NCBI GenBank assembly: GCA_001938485.1
Contig: MQRK01178215.1
Location: 1 to 53,441, forward strand
DNA from: Girardia tigrina
Lineage: Eukaryota
Direction: 5' to 3'
Length of the DNA: 53,441 nucleotides
In this document: piece after piece, positions 40,512-52,116 of the stretch
How positions within the stretch are numbered: position 1 is the stretch's first letter
Layout: each line of letters starts with the position of its first letter
Translations under genes and position numbers: made by a program
Notes under the pieces: model-generated
Seen by the model: only the letters and a program-made list of their open reading frames with translations
Databases searched by the model: none
What the model was told of the DNA's origin: nothing

Positions 40512-41848
40512 TGTTTCCGAATTTTCCGGAAGAAGGGAGCATCTGGGCCCATACAGATGCACTGAGAGAGTCGATAATGTCTTTCATCGCACTCGGGCGT
40601 TTTTCATTCATCAAATTGTCGTACTGATTAATGAAAAATCCCTTCGAACTTCAGGATACACAAAACGCATTCCATTTCTGATTTATAATATCGATTTTGT
40701 TTTCTTTCACACAACACAGTGAGACCGTATCGTTCAAAACCACCAAAAACGACTCTTTCTCATTTGGATGCCACCGCAAATCGACAAACTGCCTCTCGTT
40801 ATTCGGTTTATATTCACAAAAATTCGATTCTCCACTCTCCAGCAGAGATCTCTCGACACGGAACAACCCGACAGTCGCATATCGACCATCATCGGTCACC
40901 AAGGCGACCAGCAGAATCGATCCACCGCAACTGAGCTCGATCCAGGTGACACTCAACCGGAATTTTATAGAGAAAATTGGATCGAAACTCATGAGCCCGT
41001 CCCTCAAGTCGACCGATTCAATACTCGTTCTCTCGCACGAGGAGACACTGCAGAAATCCACATCGTTGTCGGCGATCGACGCCAGTAATCCGGCCCGACA
41101 ATCGATTGCATTATATCGGATGTTTTTCGTGCATTTAGTGGATGACAGTTTGAATGGATGAAGCGTTTGAAAATTAACGTTCATCGAATTCGATTTGTCA
41201 TTAAATCTTTCGAATCTTTCATAGAATCCTTTAACCATTTCAGTATCGATTTTCGAATTGATTGATTCACATTTCGCTTTGTAAAAACCAATCTTATTGG
41301 AACAATTCTCTATTCTCCGATCACACAGAAACACTGCGCCGTTTATTTGATTATTTCTATTCAAATTTCGATCTAAAATCGATTCGAGTTTGATAATATC
41401 GACGAGAAGAATCGGCGCATCAAAAGTCGCATCATTTAAAGTTTTTGTAATTTTAAAATTTGCGGTCTTTTTTAACATCGCGATTAGCATAATTCAGCAT
41501 CCAGAAAGAAATTAACTCTTTAATTAATTCAAAACGATATTCAGTCACGTATCGAATTTATTTTCATCAATGAAAATCATTATCGTTTTCACAAGTTCAT
41601 CAATTTAATTCAACAAAACAAAACTCAAGGTCATTTCACACTATCAATTTTCAATAACTAAAAAATCAAAATTACAATTCAAGTTGTTCAAGTTCCATCG
41701 AATAATTTCAAAATTACAAAAAATAATGAATTAATTTTCCATTTCAATTTGATTTGATTTTCTCCAATTTGAAACGAATATATAACAATGATAATAATTA
41801 ATTTAAAAAAAACAAAATATAATAATTAAAATGTTCGAATCCCGAACA
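40512..41848. mobile_element. 1337-bp TGTT..AACA insertion with 5-bp TSD ACGCC carrying host-gene sequence
   Basis: ACGCC at 40507-40511 and 41849-41853; removal rejoins the hAT transposase N-terminus (MEELPNKRKHYQ R PFQENWTNEY). Confidence 0.88.
40590..41490 (-). pseudogene. captured Nup214/CAN-like N-terminal beta-propeller fragment (279-aa ORF; TGA at a conserved Trp)
   Basis: VTWIELSCGGSIL..., VDLRWHP, AFCVS*SSKG..INQYDNLMNEKR align by eye with recalled Nup214 motifs HLALSCDNLTL, DMKWNP, VCWSPKG, VQYLPTLQEKK. Confidence 0.65.
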
Positions 41849-42295
41849 ACGCCCATTTCAAGAAAATTGGACAAATGAATATGAATTTGTAGAGCAGAGT
41901 GATTGTGCTGTTTGTGCTTTCTGTTGCGAAATTGTTGTGTGTGGCACATCGAGTGTACAAAGACACTTTTAAACTAAACAACAATCTAAGTTTAAAATCT
42001 CAGAAGAGAAAAGTGAAACCATCAAAAAAGTTATTTCTGGTTTCATAAAACATTTCTGGTTTCATAATGTGTGGCTTTGAAAGGTTAATCTTTTACAGAT
42101 GGAGAATACATCAAAGAAACTTTTTTAAACAGTGTTAAAATCTTGATCGGTGATTTACAAAATAAGGAGTTCATATTCTCTAGAATTAGAGAAATACCGG
42201 TTTCTGCAAGATCATTTCAAGGGTGCATAACTGACTTGTCTGAAAATGTAACAACTAAATAAACAATTGTATTAAAACAACCTCAAGTATTTAGT

Positions 42296-42349
42296 TATAT
42301 AAATATAATTATAAATATATAAATATAAATATAAATATAAATATAAATA
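42296..42349. repeat. (ATAAAT)n simple repeat inside the hAT transposase
   Basis: Direct reading. Confidence 0.8.
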
Positions 42350-44507
42350 TGGTTGGTAAGAAGAAAGGCTTTGTAAAACTTCTTGGAAATCATGTTGGAC
42401 GTAAATTGTTAAATTTTCATACATCAATTGTTAAAATTCATACATCAGGAGCCATTATGTGCAAGGATATCATCTCTGAATTAGGTCTCAGTGATGACAA
42501 TTGTTGTTAAGATAATAAACTTTCTTGTTTCTAATTCTTCCCTGGTTCACAGTCAATTCAAGTTTATTCTACAAGAAATTGAGTGTGAATATGGAGATCT
42601 TCTGTTATACAACAATGTTCGCTGGCTTAGTCGAGGTAAAGTTTTAGCTTTATTTATGTTGACTTGAAGCTATTAAGATGTTTCTTGATGAAAAACAGAA
42701 ACATATTGCTGAATCGAATGATGAAAACTGGTTGTTTAAGTTGATGTTCCTGACTGGCATAAATACACATTTAAATGAACTGGTTTTGAAACTACAAGGA
42801 CATGGTCAGACAGTACTTGATCTTTTCAGCTATTGGAAAGCATTTACAATAAAACTCGACATTTTTACCCATGACATCCACATAAAAGCATTCAAATACT
42901 TCCCAAATCTGAAGAATCATTTAAATAAATTTGAAGTGAATGTAGATGATCTACAGGAGTACATTGAAGCACTCAAAGCAGAATTTGATAAACGATGTCA
43001 AGACTTCCACATTCATGGACCCTTATTTTCATATCTTATTAAGCCAGACATGCATGATTTGACAAGTATCCAATTGGAAATTTTTAGTTTCATGGATATT
43101 GATGATTTTGAAATGCAACAGGTTGAATTTAGGTCTTCAGAAATATGTATACAAAAATATTTTGAACTAAGGAAGTGTTTGGAAGACGAAAATTTAGAGA
43201 AGTCTTGTGCTATTCTCAACTGTTGGACATGTCTCCCGAGATCTTTCATCTGTTGAAAGAAAATTACTTTTGCTCTTCTTTCGGCTTTTGGTTCTACTTA
43301 TACCTGTGAGCAAATTTTCTCTCACGTGAATGCAGTGTTAAGTCCACAACAAAGTTGTCTAACACCTGAACATTTTGAAAATTGTATAAAACTCAAAGTA
43401 ACAAAATATGTTGCTGACATTGAGCAATTGGCTAAGACCATGCAAGGTCAATGATCTCATTGCTACTTATTAATTTATTATAATAAAAACTTTTAAATAG
43501 TTTATTTCTTTTGATGTGGTTTACATATTTTTGTATTACTATTGTATTACTATATAAAATGTAGTTTAGAAAAAATACGTATGATATTGGCACGCAGAAC
43601 GATTTCAATTCTTAAGTCGGCACTTAGTTAGCAAAAGGTTGGCGACCCCGGGTATAGAATATGATAGATTAAAATTGATAACGTAAAAATATCAAGACGA
43701 ACGGTGAAGATGTTCTACGGTCTGTGATTCGAGTGTGTCCGTTGTAAGTACCGGAATATTATATTAATGTAGATAAAAAAACAGTTCATTGAATTAAAAG
43801 AATTAATAGTTATTAATTTTAGAGAGAATTAAATTAATAGATCTTGTTTGGTATTTTTTTAATTCACAACATAGATTATTTTGTTTTTTATTCACAAAAT
43901 ACAACTTAATGTTATCTTTTAAGATTGGTAGTAATTTTTATTTAAATAATTTTAAAATACTTATAAAAGAAAAATAAAGCAAATATTAATTAACTAGAAA
44001 ATAAGTTGTCCAGCTTGGAGAAATGGCACTGCGTATGTTGAAAATACCTTTCAAATAAAAGACCCTGCCTATTGAATATCCCCGCTTTAAAGGTGTGGCC
44101 AAGCTTATGAAACGTGTACGGTACAACATTTCAATTCACAACATAAAAGGTATATTCTCTTTGTTAATATAACGTCATTTTTCCAATTCTATTAGTGATG
44201 TTTAAATAATTTTAGCTTCTTGTTTACGGCCTAGATAGCGGAAAAATTAAAATAATGAAGAATTAAAAGATTTCAATCAAAGTGGTCCTTTTTATCTATG
44301 TGGATTTTTTATATTGAAAACTAAACCAATCTTGAACAATAAAAGCTGGAAACTCGTATTTTATACAGAAGTATAAGACACTTTTTTATAAATATACAGG
44401 TTCAAGGAATGTAACAAATTATATTGTTCTCGACAATTATAACAATGCAAAATAGGATGAAATAGAGGTATCGTCTGGATAATTCTTTACAAATAAAAAA
44501 GAGGGAC

Positions 44508-45215
44508 TGTGACGAATATTTTAATTATTGAATAATTGTGATATGATTGTATTAAATTTGTTGGGTATTACAATTAAATCTCGTTTTATTCTTTATTTAT
44601 ATTCAACTACTAATCTGACTCCAAATGAACAAAAGGTTTCTTCCAACAATAATATATGAAGAATGAACAAGACCTTTTAATAATAATTTATTCTGCAAAC
44701 AACAATTGATTTACAAACATAAATTCAACTCTATCAGTACACTACAATTCAAAGATCAAACTTCGATCAAACAGTTACAACAACTTCTTAGTTCGAGCGA
44801 TGCTAAATGATTTATTTAAAACTTATCTTCTCCTTTACAGGATACTGATACTTTCGTAATAGTACAATTTATTTTAAAAGCTTATTTTCTCCTTTACAGG
44901 ATACTTAAAACTTTCTATTAATTCTTTAGTTCAAAAAAATAACAATAATAGAAAACAAACAAGTTTACCACGCATAAAATTTTGAAATTAATTTTCTTCG
45001 AGTGATCAAATGGGCCTCTGTAACTGAAATAACTATTGCTTATATACTAGTTTTTCCTAACCTTGAAAATTGAATAACTAAAACAAATCTCAAAATATTT
45101 ACAAATATTTTATACTATTATAATAATCAAAAAAATTATTAATTTTAACCAGCGAATTATTTTAAATATTTTATTAGATTTAAAAATTTAATTTATATTT
45201 TTCGGAACCCCAACA
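44508..45215. mobile_element. ~700-bp solo-LTR-like repeat (TGTGAC...CA), related to 22446-23145
   Basis: Colinear homology blocks with the inverted 22.4-23.1 kb copy; internal duplication ttctcctttacaggatact. Confidence 0.6.
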
Positions 45216-46019
45216 AATTCGCAATTCTGATTCTCTTATCCATTTGAACATTTGGTGTTTTATTGAACTAACGATATTTGATAGGATTTGTTTTAACCGA
45301 TAAATTTTGAATTATTATGAAATATTTATGTTAAATTTTAAAAATTAAGATCTCTTTTAATTACATATGAGACTCCAGAAAAGCTCAGTTCAACTCAACC
45401 AACCATTTTCAGCCATATTGGGAAACTAAAATTGATCTATAAATATTAAAGATGGGTACTTCATCAAAAAATGAAGAATAATTTGAATGATCGAGTCTTA
45501 ACCGTTTTCATGCGGCTGTCCTTTTTAAAGGACACTCATATAAATGACAGTAGTCGTGACCTACTACTATATTTTTTCACTTAAACACAATTTTCTGATT
45601 AAGCAAGCATTTCTCTTTCTATTGATATCAGTACATCACGTAAACAAGCCCCTATTTCTGCTCCATTTGATGACAAAAAGTTATTGACAAAAAAAGACAG
45701 AATGCCACCAGAAGGCGAAATTCAAGTGCATTCAGTGTTCTGTAACTCTTCATTCTCTTTGCTTTAATGCATACCACACTCGCCCACAATAGCTTAGTGA
45801 TGCGTGTTTTTTATATTATTGCTGTGTATTAAAAAATTTAGTACTCTAATAATACGGCTGTCCTATAAAAAGGACACCTATTTTTCTCTCTCGGTATTGA
45901 TTGGGTCGCCGATTTAACCACATAATTTTCTTAGTTAGAGCATATATAGATTGTTTTAAAAGTTTTAACACGAAAGGTAAAGGTTTAATGGGGTCCGCAT
46001 GTAAACGGTTAATAAGCAC

Positions 46020-46692
46020 CTTTCTACTTGCTCGGTACAAGAACGAATCTTTCTTGCACCGGAAGACAATTGATGATGACAATGGATTATATACGAAAAA
46101 AACGAGATGAAAAGAGCATATTGCGAGCCCGGGCAGCCTGTCCCCTTCACTTTTAAACTAAGTTAAAACCAGAAGAAGAGAAAAAAGGACAAATACATTA
46201 CAAGTTTATAAAACCTAATAAAAATCTAAATTCGTTGTGATAATATAAGCAAATGGATGATTTAAATAAAACAATCAGAGAAAGACTTCAGTGATGTTCA
46301 ATAGGAAGCACGTCATGCTACATCATGATAATACCAGACCACGTACTGCTTTGGAGACTTGTCAGAAAAGTGCAAAGCTAGGCTGAGAAATTCGGTAACA
46401 TCTACCATACTCCCCAGAGCTAGCACCCTTTTATAATTACTTGTTTCTCTTTTTGCGAAACTTTTTTTCAAAAAATCAAATCAAGACTGAAGCCAATATC
46501 AAACAAGCACCATTTTGTTACGAAAAATATATCACTTTTTAAAAATGACATTTATAAGTTATCATTACTCTGGTAATAAGTCATAAGTAACATAGTAAAA
46601 TATATTCTACAATATATATTATTAAATGTATTAAAATTGTGTCGTTTTCTTGCAATTCAAAATCGGACATAACTTTCCGGTAGATCAAATAA
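46020..46692 (+). mobile_element. degenerate mariner remnant
   Basis: HHDNTRPRT, HLPYSPELAP.YNYLF; mariner-like end. Confidence 0.75.
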
Positions 46693-47340
46693 TATGTTTT
46701 ATATACAGATATAAAATATATTTCAAATATTTTTAATAAAATGAATTTTTAAAAAATTAAAGTTTAATAAAATAGTTAGCGAATTATGTTTTAAAAAAAT
46801 TAAACAGATTAGTTTTAAAATATTTTTTAAGTTGGTAAAAACTAAAAAGACATCATCTACATATCTCTTGTACGACCAAGGTTTTTCTACAAGAGATATG
46901 TAGATGATGTATTTTTGGTTTTCAGAAGTCAATCCCTCATTGAACCATTCCTAACATTCATGAATGGTATTCATCCTAATATTAAATTTATCACAGAATT
47001 GGAAGTAGATAAAAACTTCCTTTTCTGGACATTCTTGTCACTAGGATGAATGGAGGCTATAAAACTGAATTATTCAGAAAGGCAACAGATACAGGTCTTT
47101 ACACAACACCACAGAGTTTTTGTGAGGTAAAATACAGAGAGGGCATGATCAAAGGGCTTGTTCACAGAGTTTGGAATTTGTCGACCAATCTTGAAATTGC
47201 TAATCAGGGTTTAAATATTTTTAGAAAGCGCTTGAGGAACAATATGTATACAAACAAGCAAATAGAACACAACATTAGGGTAACATTAGACAAATTATGT
47301 ACAGATGCACGAGTTAAGAAACAATTAAAAGAAGAATATC

Positions 47341-47752
47341 GAAAGGGATCGTCTGTGCTGCCAGTGGGCATACTTCTACGTAGTATCCCTGAGAAACTAG
47401 AGATCTCGGTCTCTAGGCTAAAATGCCCAAATGCTAGCCGATTATTGCGGAACAGCCGGCAATGTATCGTATTCAGGAATTGGCCAGCAATCCATTCACT
47501 AGGCTACGCTTTATAATCTGGGTGTGTAGGCTGTGGGGAGTAGTGACCCCGCTGTCGGTGGTTGGATTGCATCTTAATGATCTGGGATGAATCAATCCCG
47601 GTGAAGGGGGTTGTAATGACGTCGTTGCATTTTCGAACAGGCGGAACTAAGGCATGGATCCCAACATTGGGGGAGTGCCCGTTGAGAACCATCAGCGTCC
47701 CAGGCCTCCTAAAAAGCCTCAGGCTTAATACCTTTAAAGGATTAGAGGTGCA
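47341..47752 (+). mobile_element. short non-autonomous retroelement, copy B (HDV-like ribozyme plus LINE-like 3' end)
   Basis: GC-rich block replacing the PLE RT-to-YIG linker; homologous to 6369-6712 at both ends. Confidence 0.82.
47343..47429 (+). ncRNA. HDV-like self-cleaving ribozyme
   Basis: P1 AGGGAT/ATCCCT; P2 TGGGCAT/ATGCCCA; P3 ACT/AGT; L3 TCTACGT; P1.1 CT/AG; P4 CTAGAGAT/GTCTCTAG; J4/2 GCTAAA with the catalytic C. Confidence 0.75.
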
Positions 47753-48154
47753 CATTGGAGATACAAATCGTCATCTCAAAACCCGGATTAGCGAGCACTC
47801 GCAAATGAGTCGATCGAGTAAGGTTCTTGATCATTGGTTATGTTGTAAGGATAGAACCTCATCCATTTCAAAAGATGAATTTTCTGTTCTACAAAAGGGT
47901 TTTGATTCACATTTCGAACGACAGTTTTATGAATCTCTACTAATAAGACACTACAACCCATCAATTAACATTCAGAATTTAATAATTAAAATTTTTAATT
48001 AAAATATTTTTGCCATTATTACCCAATAATACTTTAATAAATTATAATATATTTAAAAAATTATTCTATTTAAACTTAATATACCTTTTAAAATTATATT
48101 ATTAAGAACAATTAAAATATTGTACAACTCAAATATTTAAATACTAAATTTCCG

Positions 48155-48207
48155 AAAATTGCTGATGATGATGTACGTAAACATCGAAATGAGTACTCTT
48201 AAAATTT
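48155..48207 (+). ncRNA. minimal hammerhead ribozyme motif in PLE pLTR (two mismatches near the core)
   Basis: CTGATGA-T-GATGT(acgtaa)ACATC-GAAA-T-GAGTACTC-TTA; palindromic stem III; flanks aaatt/aattt. Confidence 0.6.
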
Positions 48208-49504
48208 ACTGTGAGTAAAACTAAAGAATTTTATAAAATACTTACGAATAATTTAAAACTAGTAATTACTAATGGTATTATTAAAGAAGCAATTATATTT
48301 TTTATAAAACATTTATTAATTTTATTGATGAAGTGTTATTAAAATATGTAATTTATATAGGAAACACAACCAATTAAAATAAAAAATTCCTTTGAAATTT
48401 TGTTTTAAAAGAAAAATTGTTTTAGAAAATCAATTAAAAATATAAATAATTTTATTTCAATTAATTTAAAATTATTAAAAATAAATTGTTTTGAAAATTA
48501 TTTTTATTAAAATAAATAAATAATATTTTTTGAATATTTAAATTTAAAGTTGCTTTTTTTGAATTTCATTAATTTTTTGATGTACGAGAAGACAGATTAG
48601 GAGATTGTACAACAGAAAATGTATTATCCTTTTTTGTAAAATATTTATTTCGAATTTTCTAAACGCCCTATTTGTTTCATATCGTTATTGATTTTTAACT
48701 TTTAATTATATTTATTGTAGAGAGTTTTACTTAAGTTTAAAGTATAGGAAGAAGGTAATTGTCTCTTTTACAAATAAAAGACGCACTTTAAGACATTTTT
48801 CTTGAATGAAAGAGCATCTTCAATGAATGTCTAATTAGTAGTGAGCCTAGCAAGAAAAATATAATTTAATTATTTTAATAAAATTGTTTTTTCATAACAA
48901 GCAAGTAAAGAACGTATTCATTCATTATGTTGATATTAATAATTTGTTTTTTATATTTTATTAAAGGGTTAATTCGGCTTTAATAAGAAAATCTTCCTCA
49001 ATGGATATACTGATTTGCACTTGGAAAATCGTTTTGACATCAAATAAAAATAATTCAACAAAATTTGCAGCTATTTATCTGGAACGATCTTCGAGCATAT
49101 AAAAACACCGTTTTATGATTTTATTGTTTTAATAGTAAAATTCATAATAAATCAAAAAAGATTTGATTTCAAATTTCTAGGAGTAAAAGACATTAAAAAA
49201 ATAATGTTATTTTGAATCTTTGGAGGAAAGTCGATTTTTAAGAACAGAAATAATATGAAAATAAATTTTTGACTGTCTTTTTGAAGGTTTAACGCTAATT
49301 CTTTTCATTAAATGTCTTTTTACTCTCTTACATAAAGGAAGTTTTCATATGTTTGATGTTGTGTAACAATATAAGCAAAAACTTATAACATCGTTAAAAA
49401 TGTGTTAAACAGTCAGCACAGATAATTTAAAGTTCTTATTTAATGTCAGTGGAATTAGCAAATTTTCTTTTTGCTTTTTTATTTCTTACAGAATATAATA
49501 ACCA

Positions 49505-51268
49505 TGTTTGAGCGAGTCTACCTCGACATCCCGACAAAAATTATAATTGTCAAAATACTGTCGGGATTCTTGACTATTCTATGCAGCAGTTACCATAATC
49601 TCGAGAATTTCGAATTGTGTTAATTTTAAATGTATTTTTAAATGAAATTAATGATCTTAACCATGTCTAAATTGATTCAGGGAATTATGAATAAAATTAA
49701 TTATCAATCATAAATCCAATTACTTTGAACAATGAACTGTTTCTTGTTAAATACAATGCGTTGAAGAAAGAAAGAATTCTTCTTTATACAACAAGAGTAA
49801 ATGTTTATCGATCGTCTTTCGCTCAGTAAATGGTACATTTAAGACTGAACCCAATATCAATTTCCGCTAATACTCAATCCACGCCCCGGTTGGTAGTGGG
49901 AATGTACAATTTCTTCATCTATTTTATGCATTAGTGAGAAGTAAGCGGGAATATAATTATATACGATTATTCCTGGATATAATTGAATTTTCTCAGAAAA
50001 GTTGATATTGACAGATCTCGAACTTTCAAGCACAGTTGCATTTAGAAGTGAATTTCCTAGTGGTAATCAAAAAGTGTGTTCCTTTAATTCGGGAGAATGT
50101 TTCAAGGAAGTCAACTGGCATTTCAGTATGGTATTGATGAAGCATTTAGTTTACTGATTCAACATGATTGCATGTTGGCGTTTCTTCCTCCGAATAAAAT
50201 ACCGAAAGCATCTGACATTTTGAAACTACATTTATCATAACTTGCTATGAATGGGGTGGATTGATTTCAAAAACATTGGTTTCGTACGCATCAAAGATTG
50301 GAATGTATTATTGGAGGAGCAAATGTTAGACTTTACAGAATCATTACAGAATTTTATAAAGAACTACAAATAAATAATCATGAAGAATTTATACTTTGAT
50401 GAGAACCTGGCACAAAGTCCAAGAAATATGTAATCAATAGAAAAAAAAGAATAACAGTAATGAACAGTTGAGACAATATAACTTGATTGGAATATCTAAG
50501 TGGAATAGCACAAAATTGGAATTATTAATAATTTCATTCGTGTATTTTTACATGATTTTTAATTTTTTTTATTATTTTAATATAAATTTATCAAGTTATT
50601 TTTATTGCAGTACTTTAGTTAAATATAAAAAATTTTAATAAAAGTATAATTTTAATAATTATAATAAAATCAAATATATAAACAATTATATAACTAAGAT
50701 ATAATATAATTTAACTGACACTAAGTAATTAAAACATATTATTAATAATGAATAATATTATAACATTTTATATTATAATATAATAATTTTTATAATATTT
50801 TAACCTAATTTTATATATTAATCAAAAAAAAATAAAATGATTATTTAATAAACAAATATCATAAATTTCTTTTTCAATAAATGTTGATATGCTTATAATT
50901 TTAATAATTGTAAACTTTATTCATTTAAATTAAATAAATTATTTATTTATTAATTCCTTAATTAGATAATAGATACTAATAATTATTTTTTTTATTTTTG
51001 AATTTTTTAAAATAATTTAATAATTTTAGATAGCTAAATTAATAATTTATATTAATTTTATTGTTTCAACTTTCACAAAATTCTTTAAATTTTTATTTAT
51101 TTTTTAAAATTTTTAAATAAATAATTTCCATTAATTTTTAAGTTTCAAAGTCATACAATTTATAATTTTTACGATTTATGATAACTGTCACATAATGTAG
51201 TAACATATCGTTGGTCTGGATTTCGAGTTTTCGGGATTTTAGATTCTCAGAATTTCTACCCTCTCCCG
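49505..51268 (+). mobile_element. degenerate MULE element
   Basis: Imperfect inverted termini (gcagttaccataa..cg / cgatttatgataactg); LAFLPPNKIP motif, LEYLSGIA C-terminus. Confidence 0.55.
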
Positions 51269-52116
51269 GTTGAAACACTTATTGCTCATTAAATACTCAA
51301 ATTTAGACATAAGGCTCAAAAGTAGATGTTAAAAAATGTGTTGCTATTTCATAAGTTATTTCGTCGTAAGACAAATATTTAGCTCATAAGTCTTATGAAT
51401 CTTCTTAAACGGTGTATTCTTGGGACTTTCGGACATCACCAAATATGATATATAAATATATTTTAGTATATAAAATTAAAAAAAAGAATAACTGAAGAAA
51501 TATAAATTCTTCAATTTAGTGATTGCTACTAAAATGAAATTCCTGAGGCAAACGGTCTTCCATGACACTAAATTTTTTGAAAATATAATTCCATTAAAAT
51601 TTTAATTTGCAAAAATTCTTGATTAACAAGAAGGATTAGCGTGTTTGGATGACTTATTTATTTTAATTACGACTTGGAATAAATGATTTATACTCTGATT
51701 CAGTTTTGGGATTAAATATGTGATGAGATTTTTCATTCAAATGTAAAATGTTTGAAAATATTTTTTTGATTTAATAATACAATATGAATTTTATTGATTA
51801 TAGTTCAAAATGTCTCTGCATCAAATAAGATAATTTTGCAAGGTCGGCTGTTGTAATGCAGTGACACAATTTTGTACAAGGAATCAAATCATTTTCGCAA
51901 TTACAAAATTCTATTAAAATATTTTTAAATTCAATTGAAATATTTATTTACAAACTATTGACTAGTAAAAAACTATTCAAAGATTAGGAATAAATTAATC
52001 AATAAAAACGAGTTTTGTTTAATCGAATTAATTGATTAATTTGTGTATGTTAGTCTTTGAATCTTGTAAGTAAAAAAGATGGTTGTAAATTTCGGTACAA
52101 CGCTTGTTGTCGTAAA

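Larger units (their letters stand above)
40203..43651 (+). mobile_element. hAT (Buster/Charlie, GTF2IRD2/SPIN-like) transposon, decayed
   Basis: TIRs CAGGGGTCGC / GCGACCCCGG; perfect 8-bp TSD GTATAGAA (central TA) at 40195-40202 and 43652-43659; VRWLSRGKVL, LNEL.LKLQG, FGSTYTCEQIFS. Confidence 0.93.
46888..48210 (+). mobile_element. Penelope-like element (RT from YVDD to GIY-YIG and pLTR), interrupted by the short ribozyme element
   Basis: RYVDDVF, MNGIHPNIKF..E, FLDI, FRKATDTGLY, HIGDTNRHLKTRISEH, ESLLI....PSIN. Confidence 0.9.

Noticed and set aside
40651-40653. TGA at a conserved Trp as evidence for an alternative genetic code
   Set aside because: Single instance; Trp is encoded by TGG elsewhere in the same ORF and in the kinase, so a TGG-to-TGA decay mutation is simpler.
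40697-41161. Plus-strand ORFs overlapping the Nup214-like frame
   Set aside because: Antisense shadows of a GC-richer coding strand with no recognisable motifs.
47046-48002. ORFs 47046-47516 and 47562-48002 as novel fusion proteins
   Set aside because: They are PLE frames reading by chance into or out of the non-coding ribozyme element; the same applies to ORFs 6536-6730 and 6271-6465.
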